A stretch of 63,469 bases of DNA, filler included, from Stramenopiles sp. TOSAG23-2 (lineage: Eukaryota), in assembly GCA_900128395.1 (NCBI GenBank). It is 11 parts of 11 records of this genome, joined end to end, with 100 filler letters (N's around TTAATTAATTAA, not from the genome) between each part and the next. Parts side by side here need not be neighbours in the genome. Positions count along the whole stretch, not along the records: positions 11,587 to 17,276 come from LT650614.1; positions 17,377 to 23,059 come from LT650615.1; positions 23,160 to 28,841 come from LT650616.1; 8 more parts are not named here. The stretch is one strand, 5' to 3'. Made by a program: the position numbers and the translations under genes. This document shows, one piece after another, positions 11,587-23,166 of the stretch. The stretch's first letter is position 1. Every line of letters starts with the position of its first letter. The notes under the pieces were generated by a model that did no database searches, was not told where the DNA came from, and was given only the letters and a program-made list of their open reading frames with translations.

Positions 11587-13147
11587 TAGGATCAGCTTCA
11601 CCTTGTTCAATCAAATATTTAACTATTTGGAAATGTTCGTTGTCTGCAGCTATACCTAGAGGTGTATATTCCCAACCACCACTATCTTTACCGACTTGAT
11701 TCACATATTCTTTCAATGTCATATTATTATTATTACCATTACTACCATTCACATCATTACGCCCTGTAATCAATAATTTCACATCCTTCAAACGTCCTTT
11801 TTCACATGCGCATACTAATGGTGTACCTTTTCGAAATTCTTTCTTATATTTCTTTTTCAATTTTTCTAATCTTTTTAATAATTTCTTGTTATCAATATTT
11901 GATGATGGTACGTCATTGTTATTAACGCCACCGTCAAAATGGTCAAAATCCATTGCTGTAACAAGATCCATTGCCTCCTCTTCTGTTGCTACTGCTGTAC
12001 CACCAAATTGATTATTATCAGGCGTTTGTAACATATTTGTTATTGCACCACTATGTGTTGTTGTTGTTGTTGTTGTTGAGTTAATTACAGATGCAGTAGG
12101 GAATGGTTTAAAAATAACTTGTTTTGAATTCCCATCATCATCATCATCATCATTATCAATAAATGCAAATGCATTAGTAAATGATTGAGGTGCTTGCGCT
12201 TGAGATGTATTTGTTGATTTTCTCCAAACGTCTGCCTCACTTTGATTCAAAGCATCTACCAATTTTTTACCTGGTTGCTGCATATGATCAACAAACACCT
12301 GAAGCCATGGTGAAAACTCATCATTGTCATCAGCACCCCAAGCCACTTTGTGATAGCCACATGGGTGTCCAATATATACACCAGGTTTTTGATTTTTTTG
12401 ACACAAGGTTGCATCACCAAAAGCAAAGCATGTATCAAGTCTAATATCTAATGATTTAAATGATTCACGGCACTTTCCCAGTAAATAACACCGCAATGCT
12501 TTTGGACGAGAATAATATTCTATAATATCAATAATCCCAGCTTTATCATTACTCCCTTGTAATAACATTCGGTCAGTTATTCCACCTTTATTATCAACTA
12601 TAATACTGCTAAATTGTCCTGACTTATTTGGGTATGTGCTTTCAGCACCATGTATACTACATGCGAAGAAAACAAAATCTGCATTTTGAAATGCTGGTGA
12701 TTATACAAAAAACAACAACATTGCTTTTATTGTTTCCTTTGTTTGGTTGGCAAATGGCAATACACGTGGTCCTTCACTATTGTCATTTAATTTTGGCAGC
12801 CATTCTCTAAGCTGTTTTTCTAGATGCTCCATATCACGGTCACCATAAATACTAGAATCTTTTCCACCACATGTCCCATTATCTCCGATTAAAATTGCAA
12901 CTGGTCTTTCAGGTTGTTTGGTATCACCTCTCAATGCCTTTAATTTACCAATTTTCCGTCCTTTTTTACCAACAAAGCGTTCTTTGGTTTGAAGTTCTTC
13001 GTCTGCTTTTCGTTTTCCCTGTCGTAACACTGCAATTTCTTCCCTCATTTTAGCCATTTCTTTTTCTTTTTCTTCCAATTGTCTCTGTAAAAAAATATTT
13101 TTTACTGCTGGATTTTGTATTTGCTTACCACCACCATTATATGCCAT
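11587..13147 (-). pseudogene. Coiled-coil + caspase-like (peptidase C14) + ankyrin-repeat gene with one in-frame TAA (12703-12701); 3'-partial
   Basis: ORFs 12701..13171 and 11531..12568 share a frame; the 44 intervening codons are open (SPAFQNADFVFFACSIHG...). C14-like motifs VAILIGDN, SIHG, LGKCR; ankyrin motifs TPLVCACEKG and TPLGIAADNEH. Confidence 0.65.
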
Positions 13148-13631
13148 ATCTATGTTGTTGTGTATTTGCAATTGTTAATATATATATATATGTTATGAAA
13201 TATTTTGCAGTATATGTGATTATATCTTTGTATACACAGAAATATACTAAATATATTTATAGTTGTATTTTAATTTTTATTTTTTTTTTTTTAGTAGTTA
13301 AATATAAATAATGACCTCACCATCCTAATCCACCACACATGAATGTTTAGTCTAGTATTATAATATTGAAATTGATATAGTCGTATTTTTGTTCTATGAT
13401 AGTATTAGCCAGGGTAGCAAATTGCAAAACTACCTAATTGTATCCATATTATATCGGTGTGGATGATTTTGTGCTATGTGCGTGCTAAATATCGATCTCC
13501 TCTGATCTAGAGTTAGATCTTAGATCTATAATACAATGTAAATGGGGCAATTTTCAATCTATTATTTTATCAACACACTTTATTTTATTTTATATCTCAA
13601 CCAATAATCCACTCTCTCTCTCTCTCTCTCA

Positions 13632-16600
13632 TCAATCCCCCCGACCACTACTTTGTGGACTTCCACCACTACCTTCTTCACTTTCACCATCAAAACTTGT
13701 AGTATCCTCCCCTTCATTATTATTATTATTTCCATCATCATTCTTACTATGTTTCATATCCGGATCTCCACTCATAATTTCAATCAATTTATTTGCTTCA
13801 CGTAATTTATCTAATGCTTCTGGTGTTATAAATTCAATTGCTTGAACATTTAATTTACGTAAGGATTTATTATTTTCCGTAATATAATCAATCGTACGAT
13901 CACTTATTTTTCTACACCAACTAACATTTAATTCAATTAATCCAGGGCTACTTTTTAAAACTGCACCTAAACCTTCATCCGAAATACGTGGACAATAACT
14001 TATATCTAATTTTTCCATCCAAAATTCATTACTACAAAGAAACATGGAACGATCTGTTACTAATCTACAATGACTAATAATTAAATTTTGGATACATGCA
14101 CAACATTCCGTCAATGTTTTAATACCTTCATCGCTTACTTTCGTACACCCAGTTAAATTGATTGTTGCTAAATTGCCAAGACCAGGTGCAAATGATGCAA
14201 TAGCTTTATCACCTAAACTTTGACAAAAGGTTAAATTTAATGATTCTAAATCTTGTCCTCTTGGATCACCATTAATTGGTTCACGCATTATTAATTCAGC
14301 ACCACGTTCCGTTAAACGTGTTAAACCAGACATATTTAAATTTTGTATCCTTGTACACCTTGCACTGATACTTGCTAATCCAAAATCAGTAATACGATTA
14401 CAATCTGTAATATCTAAATGTGTTATGCATTCCAACATGTGTGCCTATGGGTAGTAATATATATAATATTGGGTGTTAGATATGAAATAATATATGAGAA
14501 GAAGAATAATTATATCGATCGATCGAATAATTGATTGATACATAAATACTTACATCCACAGCTGGTCTACCATCACCTTCACGATCAAAATGAAATGCTC
14601 GATCCGTTAATTGATATAAATCATTTAAAATTAACGTTTCTAATTTCCATAAATTATGTGTAACACCTAAACACCCACGATCTGTAATTTTATTACAATA
14701 AAATAAATTCAAATCAGTTAAATTTGTCATACGTTCTGCAATTCCCATGATACCATCATCACCAATTTTACGACATGCACTTATATCTAATTTTGTAATC
14801 GATGTTGCCTCGCAATACGTAGCAAATGTAAACATTCCACGATCGGTTACAATTGGCAACCAGCTGAAATTAATATCACGCAATTGATGGCATGTTTCCC
14901 CTAATGCAGTTAACGAATCATCCGTTAATAAATGTAAATGGGCTAAATTCAACGTTTCCAATTTCGTACAACGCAATGCTAAATCACTGATACCTTCATC
15001 GCTTACACTATGACAATTTTGCAACATTAAATGTTCCAATGCTTGGCAAGATTTAGACATTATCGTACATGCTTCATTTGTAATTTCAAGGCAACCACTT
15101 AAATTTAAAGAACGTAAATAATGGCATCTACTAACCATTACCTTTAAATTATTATCAGTTGGTCCACAACCATATAATGATAGATTCATCATATCACGTA
15201 CATAATCCGATAAACGTTCCATTTCCTCACCGGTAACATCTGGTGCAACGGAAAGATCAACTTCACGTAGATCAGCGCCATCTTTCACTTCGTTTACAAT
15301 ATATACAACCATTTCAGGTGTACCAACTTCGTACAACCATTGTAAATTGATAACACGACTGAAGAAATGTGGACGTTCATTTACAACAACTTTATAAACA
15401 TCTGCTGCAACTTGGATACGATATCTACTTGTACCTTCACCAAATAAACTAAATGCAGTTGGTAAATCTGCTATCATATCAACATAATCATTGAAATATT
15501 TAGGATTGATTTCTTCTGCTGCTCTCCATGCATCGCAAAATAAGTCACCATACGTATCATCTTGTGGTAATTTGCCAATCAATGCACGCAAACCATCGCA
15601 ATTACTAGTTTTTCGAAACATTGCAATTGCTTTACGCACTTTGACCATGTATTCAATCACTTCTGATTTTCGATGTGCACTGAAACCACTATGATGACAA
15701 AGTGTATCGGCATATTTATTCAAAACATTTTCATCATCATGTGAAAATGCTAATGCATTTTCAAATTTCTCCGCTGCAAGTTCAAATAAACGAGAAGCCT
15801 CGCCAGTTTGTTTTCGCACACCAACTAAGTAATGTTTTGCAATTCTATCTGCACTTAATGCAACCTCCCATACTCCCATATGACACATATCTCCAACAAA
15901 CCAATTACGACCAGCTTTCTCACGTGGTGTTGGGCATGCACTACCAATACGTATGGCCCAAAATTCACGCCGTGCTGCATCTTCTTTGATCTTTGCATAT
16001 ATAGTAGCTTTTTCCTCTTTTATACCAATGTATTTATTAGTCACTTCTGCCTTTGCTTCTTCTGCTTTTTCATCACATACAATTTTAATCGCCTGCTTTT
16101 TCGCTTGTTTCTTCGTTAATTTACGTAATCCAAGCTCCTCTGCATTTTTCGTCATTTTCAATTTAAATACACTTTTTTCAATTAAAATTTTCATCTTTGA
16201 TTGTAAATATCGTTGACCTTGTTTCTCGTCTGCCAACCATTTTTGTGTATTCTTCACAGTTTCCTCTGCAATTTTTACTTTCTCCATTTCTTCTTGTGAT
16301 TCCAATTCTTCCGCATCGCGTTTACGAGATTTTGCTTCATCTTCCGTAGATGCTTGTGCTTTACGTACTAATTCCATACTTCCTTTTTCCGTTCCTTGTA
16401 CGTAAATTCTACACATTACACCATCAAACGTACCGACTAAATGATACCAAACATCATACTCGACGATGCCACCATCTACGGATAATTCCACACGCCATTC
16501 TTTATTAAATATGCCAAAGATAACTCCCATCTCTTTTGTTATTCCAAGTGTCCACCGCCCAGTCTGGGCCATCACTCGATACGTACCATCACCACCGGTA

Positions 16601-17276
16601 ACTTTAAACCAACAAGCTACACTGAATGGCTGTTTATTATCAAATGGACTTAATTCTGCATGGAATTTAACATCAATTCTTGCTTGACGATCTTTCTCAA
16701 AACGTACGCCACGGGATGGAAAGTCATTTTGTATCGAAGTTGGTATTTCAAACACGACGGTACGATTATAATATCCTGACATACCCATTCCACCAGTCCC
16801 AGTATTATATGCAATTCGCGATGCTAAACGCTCCGATAAGCGCCAATATCCAATAGGTTTATCTTGCAATGCACATGCTTGATATGATAATCCTTGTGCA
16901 CTTCTACCTTGTACACTTAATACTTGCGCTTCGCTGAAATCTAATAAGTTCAAATTATGTTTCACGCGAGATGATACAAGTGCAATATCAGCCGGTGTCA
17001 TGACGTAACTTAATGGTTGCAATTTGAACGATTCAATGCATTGTGCGGAGAGGCGGACACCGATTAATGGTGCCAATCGTAAAAACGTTTTACTACCCCA
17101 GATTGGTGATTGAACGACTAAATCTTTTAAATTTTGTACTTCATATGCATTTAAAGTACATGCACCAAAACGTTCAAAGACTTCCATTAATACTTCCTCA
17201 CGCCAGAAATCTTCACTTCGTGGATGCGACCCAGTCGTCATATTAAATAAATCAACAATAATAGTTCGAAGCGGTC
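13632..17276 (-). CDS. LamG/ConA-like + AMN1/FBXL-type LRR protein, 5'-partial, two exons (17276-14554, 14444-13632)
   Basis: PIGYWRL...WYHLVGTFDG...ALSADRI LamG motifs; Cys-containing LRRs; phase-0 GT-AG intron joins RPAVD|AHMLEC. Confidence 0.85.
14445..14553 (-). other. Spliceosomal intron, 109 nt
   Basis: GTAAGT donor at 14553 and CCATAG acceptor ending at 14445; splicing fuses the two LRR ORFs in frame. Confidence 0.88.
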
Positions 17277-17376
17277 NNNNNNNNNNNNNNNNNNNNNNNN
17301 NNNNNNNNNNNNNNNNNNNNTTAATTAATTAANNNNNNNNNNNNNNNNNNNNNNNNNNNNNNNNNNNNNNNNNNNN
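17277..17376. other. Artificial contig spacer
   Basis: N44-TTAATTAATTAA-N44. Confidence 0.99.
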
Positions 17377-17915
17377 CATGAAAAAATGTGTGCAGTTTTT
17401 GTGATAAATTCATAAATGATTATACTAGTATAAACCATTTACCGACTACAAAGATCATTCCAATACCGTGCCCTCTCCTGTTGCTTCACTGCCTTAATGT
17501 GCGGCTCCCATTGAGCTAAAGGGGTAGAAATACCACACTCCAGAAGTGTGTTGCAAATCTTTTGGTGTTGATTGGATAGTTGATTGGATACATTATTATT
17601 ACTTGATGTTGAAATGAAAAAGATGAGTAAACTGATGACTTGGATTACTTTCCTTACTACTAATATCAATGTCATTTTCATTATTATTTCTTGCATTACT
17701 TGTAATGATTAATCTTTTACTACTAATGTTATTTGACATATGAAATAATGTTGCATGATGCATCAGCTGAAAATCTAAGTTTGAAAAACGCGTTGCTACA
17801 ACTGGATTATACTCTTACACTATAAAATATCAAAATATATATAAAAAGATAGAAAGATGCATTTATTATCCTAAGTATAGTAAATGAACTTTCTTCATTT
17901 AAAGTGTTCAAAGCA

Positions 17916-18098
17916 ATGTATAACATAAGAGATGGAGAAGCTGTAGCACTAGAATTTGGAGTGGATGGTGGGCATCTACTCCTTTGACTATCTCTGTGTT
18001 TGGGAATGACTGATATTGTTGGAATTGATATAAATCCTATGCTGAGAGATTTATTTCAATGGGACCAGTGGAGGGACATGATTGAAGAAGTTATATAG
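17916..18098 (+). pseudogene. Decayed class I SAM-methyltransferase-like fragment
   Basis: Translates MYNIRDGEAVALEFGVDGGHLLL*LSLCLGMTDIVGIDINP...; motif I-like and GIDIxP motif II-like segments; in-frame TGA at 17985-17987. Confidence 0.45.
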
Positions 18099-18507
18099 AT
18101 TATAAAACAATAAAATATTAAAAGTAACAAGAACATTATCAACATTAATTATTGTTGTTATTATTTAGACAAAGAGTTAAGGATATTACAGAAAAAAATC
18201 TGGGCCTATATTATTCAACTAAACATTTGAATTAATTAAAAAAATAGTCTGTCGTTGTTTTTTCTACCTTTTTTGATCCAAAATCAATAGTGAGTGGTTA
18301 TAAAAAATAACATGGACACACCAGCTGTATAGAGAGGATTTTTAAATTCTTCAGAAAAAAATGGGTCGTCTTGAGCAACTTGAGGGGGAGATAAGCACAT
18401 AAATAAGGCGGCACGTGATGAAAATAAAATACAATGTTGTAAAAAATATGAAGGAAGAGGATATGTTGCATATATATATAATATATATATATAGCATTTA
18501 GACAAAG

Positions 18508-19632
18508 ATGGAAAAATTCAATCGATGGTCGGATCCAGGTACCGGTATCAACCCGTTTGTCCCATTGTCATCCAAACGTGGAAGGTCAATTGGTAGTAAA
18601 ATATATCAATATACTTTAGCATTATTATTATCAATAGCACGAATGTTAATTTTATTTGTAATAGGTTGTGTCTATTTATTATTGCATAATGTATTCAATA
18701 TCATCCCAATACGATTCGTCCAAAGACCGCTGGTTCGATTGAATGATTTGATCTTCGTACGATTGATACTTTTTATCTTTGGATTTTGGAATATATCAAG
18801 TTCATACGCTGATCGTAACCGTTTGCGTTTAAGAGGAGGAAAAAAGAAATCAACATCTCGTTCAAAATCAGTTGGTAGTAGCGTAAAAGCTGGTGATATT
18901 ATTATTTGCAATTCTACATCGTTTATTGAAGTTCTATTTTTAACATATAGTTTTTCACCTATATATGCAAACGTAGTGACAGTAAATGGGACATTTGAAA
19001 CGGCTGCTGTTGTTGAAGAATCATTTTTCACAACATTAAAACGTTGTTTACGCAGTGATCCAATACCGACAAGCAAGAAAAAAACAACATTGAAACAATT
19101 ATCTAACAAATATAAAGGAAGTATGGGACCACCTATTGTATGTTTTGCGGAAGGTATTAAAACAAATGGTAATGGTGTCTTATCATTCCCTCCAATTTTT
19201 GATGGCTTATCATTCGAAGATAATAACCTCCATTTGCTTGGATTTAATTACAGCTCAAGAGCTGCATATAGTCCAACATTTCCAATTGGCAATTATTTAT
19301 CTCACATTTATTCTTTATGCGCAGAATTATCAAATGAAATGAATGTCATCATGTTGCCAGCAGATGAATTTGTTGCTCCGCCAGAAAAATCTGCTTCATC
19401 TGGAGATAAAGAAAAACTATCAGATGCTGAATTCCGTGCACAATTAGCTCAACGTGCAACTTCGGGTGCATATGGTGGTGGTGTTTTACCAAGCAAAGAA
19501 GTTCCAAAAATTGGTACTTTAGGGGAACGTGCTCGTTCATTATTAGCATCTATGTTGAAAATTAAATCATTAGGACGAAGTGCATTAGATTTTAATGAAT
19601 TTAATGCATATTGGGAGAAACGAGGGAAATAA
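18508..19632 (+). CDS. LOA1: Lysophosphatidic acid acyltransferase, LOA1/Vps66-like
   Basis: N-terminus MEKFNRWSDPGTGINPF resembles yeast Loa1; NSTSFIE and FAEGIKTNG acyltransferase motifs. Confidence 0.8.
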   Translation: MEKFNRWSDPGTGINPFVPLSSKRGRSIGSKIYQYTLALLLSIARMLILFVIGCVYLLLHNVFNIIPIRFVQRPLVRLNDLIFVRLILFIFGFWNISSSYADRNRLRLRGGKKKSTSRSKSVGSSVKAGDIIICNSTSFIEVLFLTYSFSPIYANVVTVNGTFETAAVVEESFFTTLKRCLRSDPIPTSKKKTTLKQLSNKYKGSMGPPIVCFAEGIKTNGNGVLSFPPIFDGLSFEDNNLHLLGFNYSSRAAYSPTFPIGNYLSHIYSLCAELSNEMNVIMLPADEFVAPPEKSASSGDKEKLSDAEFRAQLAQRATSGAYGGGVLPSKEVPKIGTLGERARSLLASMLKIKSLGRSALDFNEFNAYWEKRGK

Positions 19633-20036
19633 AAAAGGGAACTGAGGAAGAATATTGCGTGAGTGGAAAAGGTATTAATGAAAGGGGGGTAATAAACTTA
19701 CATAACTATTACATGCGTGTAGAGAAGTTTCGAGTAATAATATTATGCCGTTATGATTACGAGAAAGAAAGTAAAAGATGTGTGTGAAGATTTTATTTTT
19801 TGTACGAATTCGTAATATTTAAAAAGTAAAAGTATTGAGATAATATTAATATTTACGTGTATAATATAAATTATATAAATTAATATATAATATAAAAAGA
19901 GCGTATGGTATGATATATTGGCATAATTTGAAATCTATTTTTATAATTTTGCAGCTTTGTTAAATCACACACACACACACAACCCGACCCACATACTCTG
20001 ATATCGCACTTTTCCTTTTTCCTCCCATTCCCTTTT

Positions 20037-21044
20037 TTACAACTTGCTATTATTTAAACGTTCTTTTTTTAATTCTCTGATTTGTGCTAATGTTTTAAAG
20101 CTTGGATTTACTTTTCTTACATTATTCATTCGTTCTTTAAATGCATTTTCCAAATCATCTTGTGTAAACCCGGAGAAACACCATTGTTCATCTGTAGCCA
20201 TTTTATCCATGTTCGCTGTCTTGGAAAATTCAATTAATGATTCTTTTGTTGGAAAACCTTCCAATTCAAATAAAGTAGCACCAGTAATAAACATTGGATC
20301 ACGACGTTTAACTCCATATTTTTGGAATTCTGATTTTTGAAAGCCATTTACATGTATTACTTTACTATTCATTGAGCTTAGCATAAATTTACATGCATCC
20401 CTCAAATTGACCCATTCAACACTTCGTACTTCTGGGCTAATTTTTTCTTTTTCTTTCATTGTCATCTTCCAAAAAGAACCATCGGCTAATACTTTTGCAA
20501 AATCGTCTCTTCTTTTTGCCAATGCTTCGTTAATCCTAGATACAGGCAATTCTTCTAACCATGGATTTTCTGCTGAAAACAATACATAGTTAAACATCAG
20601 ATTACTACGGCCACGTATTGGCCTTGTTTGCTTTACTGCAAATGGCCTAAATACCGCACTGTCCGGCAAAGATATTTGACATGGTGTAAGAAGCTCTTCA
20701 TCTAACTCGCGTTTTGCTGCTGCTAATGTAGTTTCATTATCTTCAACATTACCGCCTGCAAATTTATATTCCCCAGGATATCGCATCGTGATAATCTTAT
20801 CAGGCGTGCTACGCAACCAATTTACAACTTCATTTTGTGTCATTAAAACTTCCCAACCAGAGCTGAATTCCAATGCATCTTCTCCTCCAAATAGCCCAGA
20901 CGGTGGTCCTTTGGCACCACCAATATCATTTTTATGTAAAAATAATGTATCCGTACTTTGTGTTTTTCTTACAATTAATACCGTGGATGAATTACGAACG
21001 GAAACGGTTGTTCCTTTCGGTACAGCAAATGGTCCTTTATTCAT
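20037..21044 (-). CDS. Nudix hydrolase with PTS1 (-SKL)
   Basis: Nudix box GGNVEDNETTLAAAKRELDEEL; first ATG at 21044; ends SKL. Confidence 0.85.
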   Translation of the reverse strand: MNKGPFAVPKGTTVSVRNSSTVLIVRKTQSTDTLFLHKNDIGGAKGPPSGLFGGEDALEFSSGWEVLMTQNEVVNWLRSTPDKIITMRYPGEYKFAGGNVEDNETTLAAAKRELDEELLTPCQISLPDSAVFRPFAVKQTRPIRGRSNLMFNYVLFSAENPWLEELPVSRINEALAKRRDDFAKVLADGSFWKMTMKEKEKISPEVRSVEWVNLRDACKFMLSSMNSKVIHVNGFQKSEFQKYGVKRRDPMFITGATLFELEGFPTKESLIEFSKTANMDKMATDEQWCFSGFTQDDLENAFKERMNNVRKVNPSFKTLAQIRELKKERLNNSKL

Positions 21045-21674
21045 TGTTTTTCTTGTATTCAATAATGATTATATATGATATTGTTCTTCTACTTCATATA
21101 CCTTTTCTAATGAAATATATTAATATTGATAAATTAATATATATATATATGGTTGGACAAAAAAAAAAAATAAAATTCATCATAAAAACACTCTTTCTAA
21201 ATAAGGTTTTAATTGTCAGTTTAAGGATATACGACACACATAAATAGAATATGAATATGTATACTAAAATTACATGTTTAACAGTATATTTAATCTCAAA
21301 ATTGAAATAAAAAAGAAACCATAAAAATTAAAGCGTTACACCACACAGCCTTTTTGTCTTATTTCAGTATTGCTGTATTGATCAGCATATTTTTTATTTT
21401 TTATTATTATTATTATGTGCGCTTTTTTTATGGTTATTTATATTATAAATAATAACTCCTCTTTATCTTACTCTGTTTTTTCAATACTATTTTAATGCTA
21501 AAATAAATTGATATTCACTATTAATTGTTGCAATTATTATATTAATATAAATATTCACACACAAAATCATTTACATTGGAATATATCATAAACTAATCAT
21601 ACACAAACAACATTACGCGAATATTGCAATAAATTATAGTTATTATATAACATTCTATATTATACTATATAACT

Positions 21675-22994
21675 ATGGGAGGAGCTGCGTCTGTACCAAT
21701 TGCTGGACAAACATTACCGCCACAGCAATATTCACCTAGAAAAAATTTAATTCCTAAATTGGAAGAGTCAATACTTGTACCAGAGAAAACGTCAACTGAT
21801 GTTACTATGTTGTCAAAGGCATCAATATTTGATGCAATATCAAATACTTTTAAAAGTGACTTCAATTTATTAGAAATGGACGAATTGAATCAAGGGGAAA
21901 AAGCAGAATTGCTTGATCGCATATATGCCCAAATTAGATTATTAACCGTTAAACATACACCAAGTGATCCAAAGTTGTCTGAATATTTAGCCCAATATTC
22001 ACCTCGTAAAATTGATCCTAAAAAACATGAAGCAAGTAGATTTTTCGCTAGACCACAAGACAAAGAAACACCACGTTTTGGGGAGGCATATAGTGGCGAA
22101 CGAACTGCATTTATAAGGCAATTTGGAAAACTAGGTGTTAGTGGAAATACAAGTGAATTATTATCAAACCCATGTAACGGGGGTGGTGGAATGGTATTCT
22201 CCAGAATGGGTAACCTTGTATTTTCCGATAGTGCCAATCATCGTATCATGCTTATTAGAGCATCCGATGGCGCATTCGTAGGTACTTTTGGTCGATATGG
22301 GAGCGAGCCTGGTGAATTTAACAATCCTACCGGGGTTACAATATCCCAAGAAGGTCTGATTGTGGTTGCAGATACAGGTAATCATAGAATACAAATATTT
22401 ACAGAAGAAGGTGAATTTGTGAAAAGTTTTGGAAGAGAAGGTGGTCGTGATGGTGAATTCCGTTTCCCGAAAGGAGTTTCTGTGAGTAAATACAATACAT
22501 TAGCAGTTGCAGATACAGGGAACCACAGGGTACAATTGTTGCGATTTGTAGATGGTCGTGTACAGCGTATAATTGGAGGATACGGGAAAGAAAATGATCA
22601 GTTAGATACCCCAATGGATGTTGCATTTTGGAGTGATGGGATGTTGGCAGTTGCTGATTATGGTAACGAACGTGTACAAGTCTTTTTTATGATTGATGGT
22701 GGATATGAACGTAGTATTGGATTAGAATCATTTGGTATACATGTTAAAGGTGGTGTAGGACCAACATCTGTATCGATTGATAAATATGAAAATTTAGCAG
22801 TAGCAGCACCACGTGGACCACAAGGCGAATCTTGTATTTTAATATATGATAGATTGGGAACACCAATTGGTCAGTTAATGCGTGGTAAATTGAAAGGTGA
22901 TAAGATGTTATCTATTGCATGCGATGGTAGTTCTGTTGGACCAGGTACATATGCTGTTGCTGATTGTGCTAATCATATTGTGAATATTATGTAA
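21675..22994 (+). CDS. NHL-repeat beta-propeller protein with putative N-myristoylation
   Basis: Repeats of the type GEFNNPTGV...VADTGNHRIQIF; starts MGGAAS. Confidence 0.88.
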   Translation: MGGAASVPIAGQTLPPQQYSPRKNLIPKLEESILVPEKTSTDVTMLSKASIFDAISNTFKSDFNLLEMDELNQGEKAELLDRIYAQIRLLTVKHTPSDPKLSEYLAQYSPRKIDPKKHEASRFFARPQDKETPRFGEAYSGERTAFIRQFGKLGVSGNTSELLSNPCNGGGGMVFSRMGNLVFSDSANHRIMLIRASDGAFVGTFGRYGSEPGEFNNPTGVTISQEGLIVVADTGNHRIQIFTEEGEFVKSFGREGGRDGEFRFPKGVSVSKYNTLAVADTGNHRVQLLRFVDGRVQRIIGGYGKENDQLDTPMDVAFWSDGMLAVADYGNERVQVFFMIDGGYERSIGLESFGIHVKGGVGPTSVSIDKYENLAVAAPRGPQGESCILIYDRLGTPIGQLMRGKLKGDKMLSIACDGSSVGPGTYAVADCANHIVNIM

Positions 22995-23059
22995 AAAAAA
23001 GAACAAAAAAAAAGAGAAAGAAAAGGAAGGAAAAGAAGAAAAATTTAGCGTGTTTTGCA

Positions 23060-23159
23060 NNNNNNNNNNNNNNNNNNNNNNNNNNNNNNNNNNNNNNNNN
23101 NNNTTAATTAATTAANNNNNNNNNNNNNNNNNNNNNNNNNNNNNNNNNNNNNNNNNNNN
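23060..23159. other. Artificial contig spacer
   Basis: N44-TTAATTAATTAA-N44. Confidence 0.99.
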
Positions 23160-23166
23160 AGATGCA

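Noticed and set aside
12701-12703. Ciliate-type code (TAA = Gln) explaining the internal stop
   Set aside because: TAA terminates conserved genes here (e.g. GCDH and the PTS1-ending genes), and long ORFs, including the neighbouring LRR gene, have no internal TAA/TAG.
17985-17987. Selenocysteine TGA
   Set aside because: Not in a redox or Cys-type motif; additional stops nearby favour decay.
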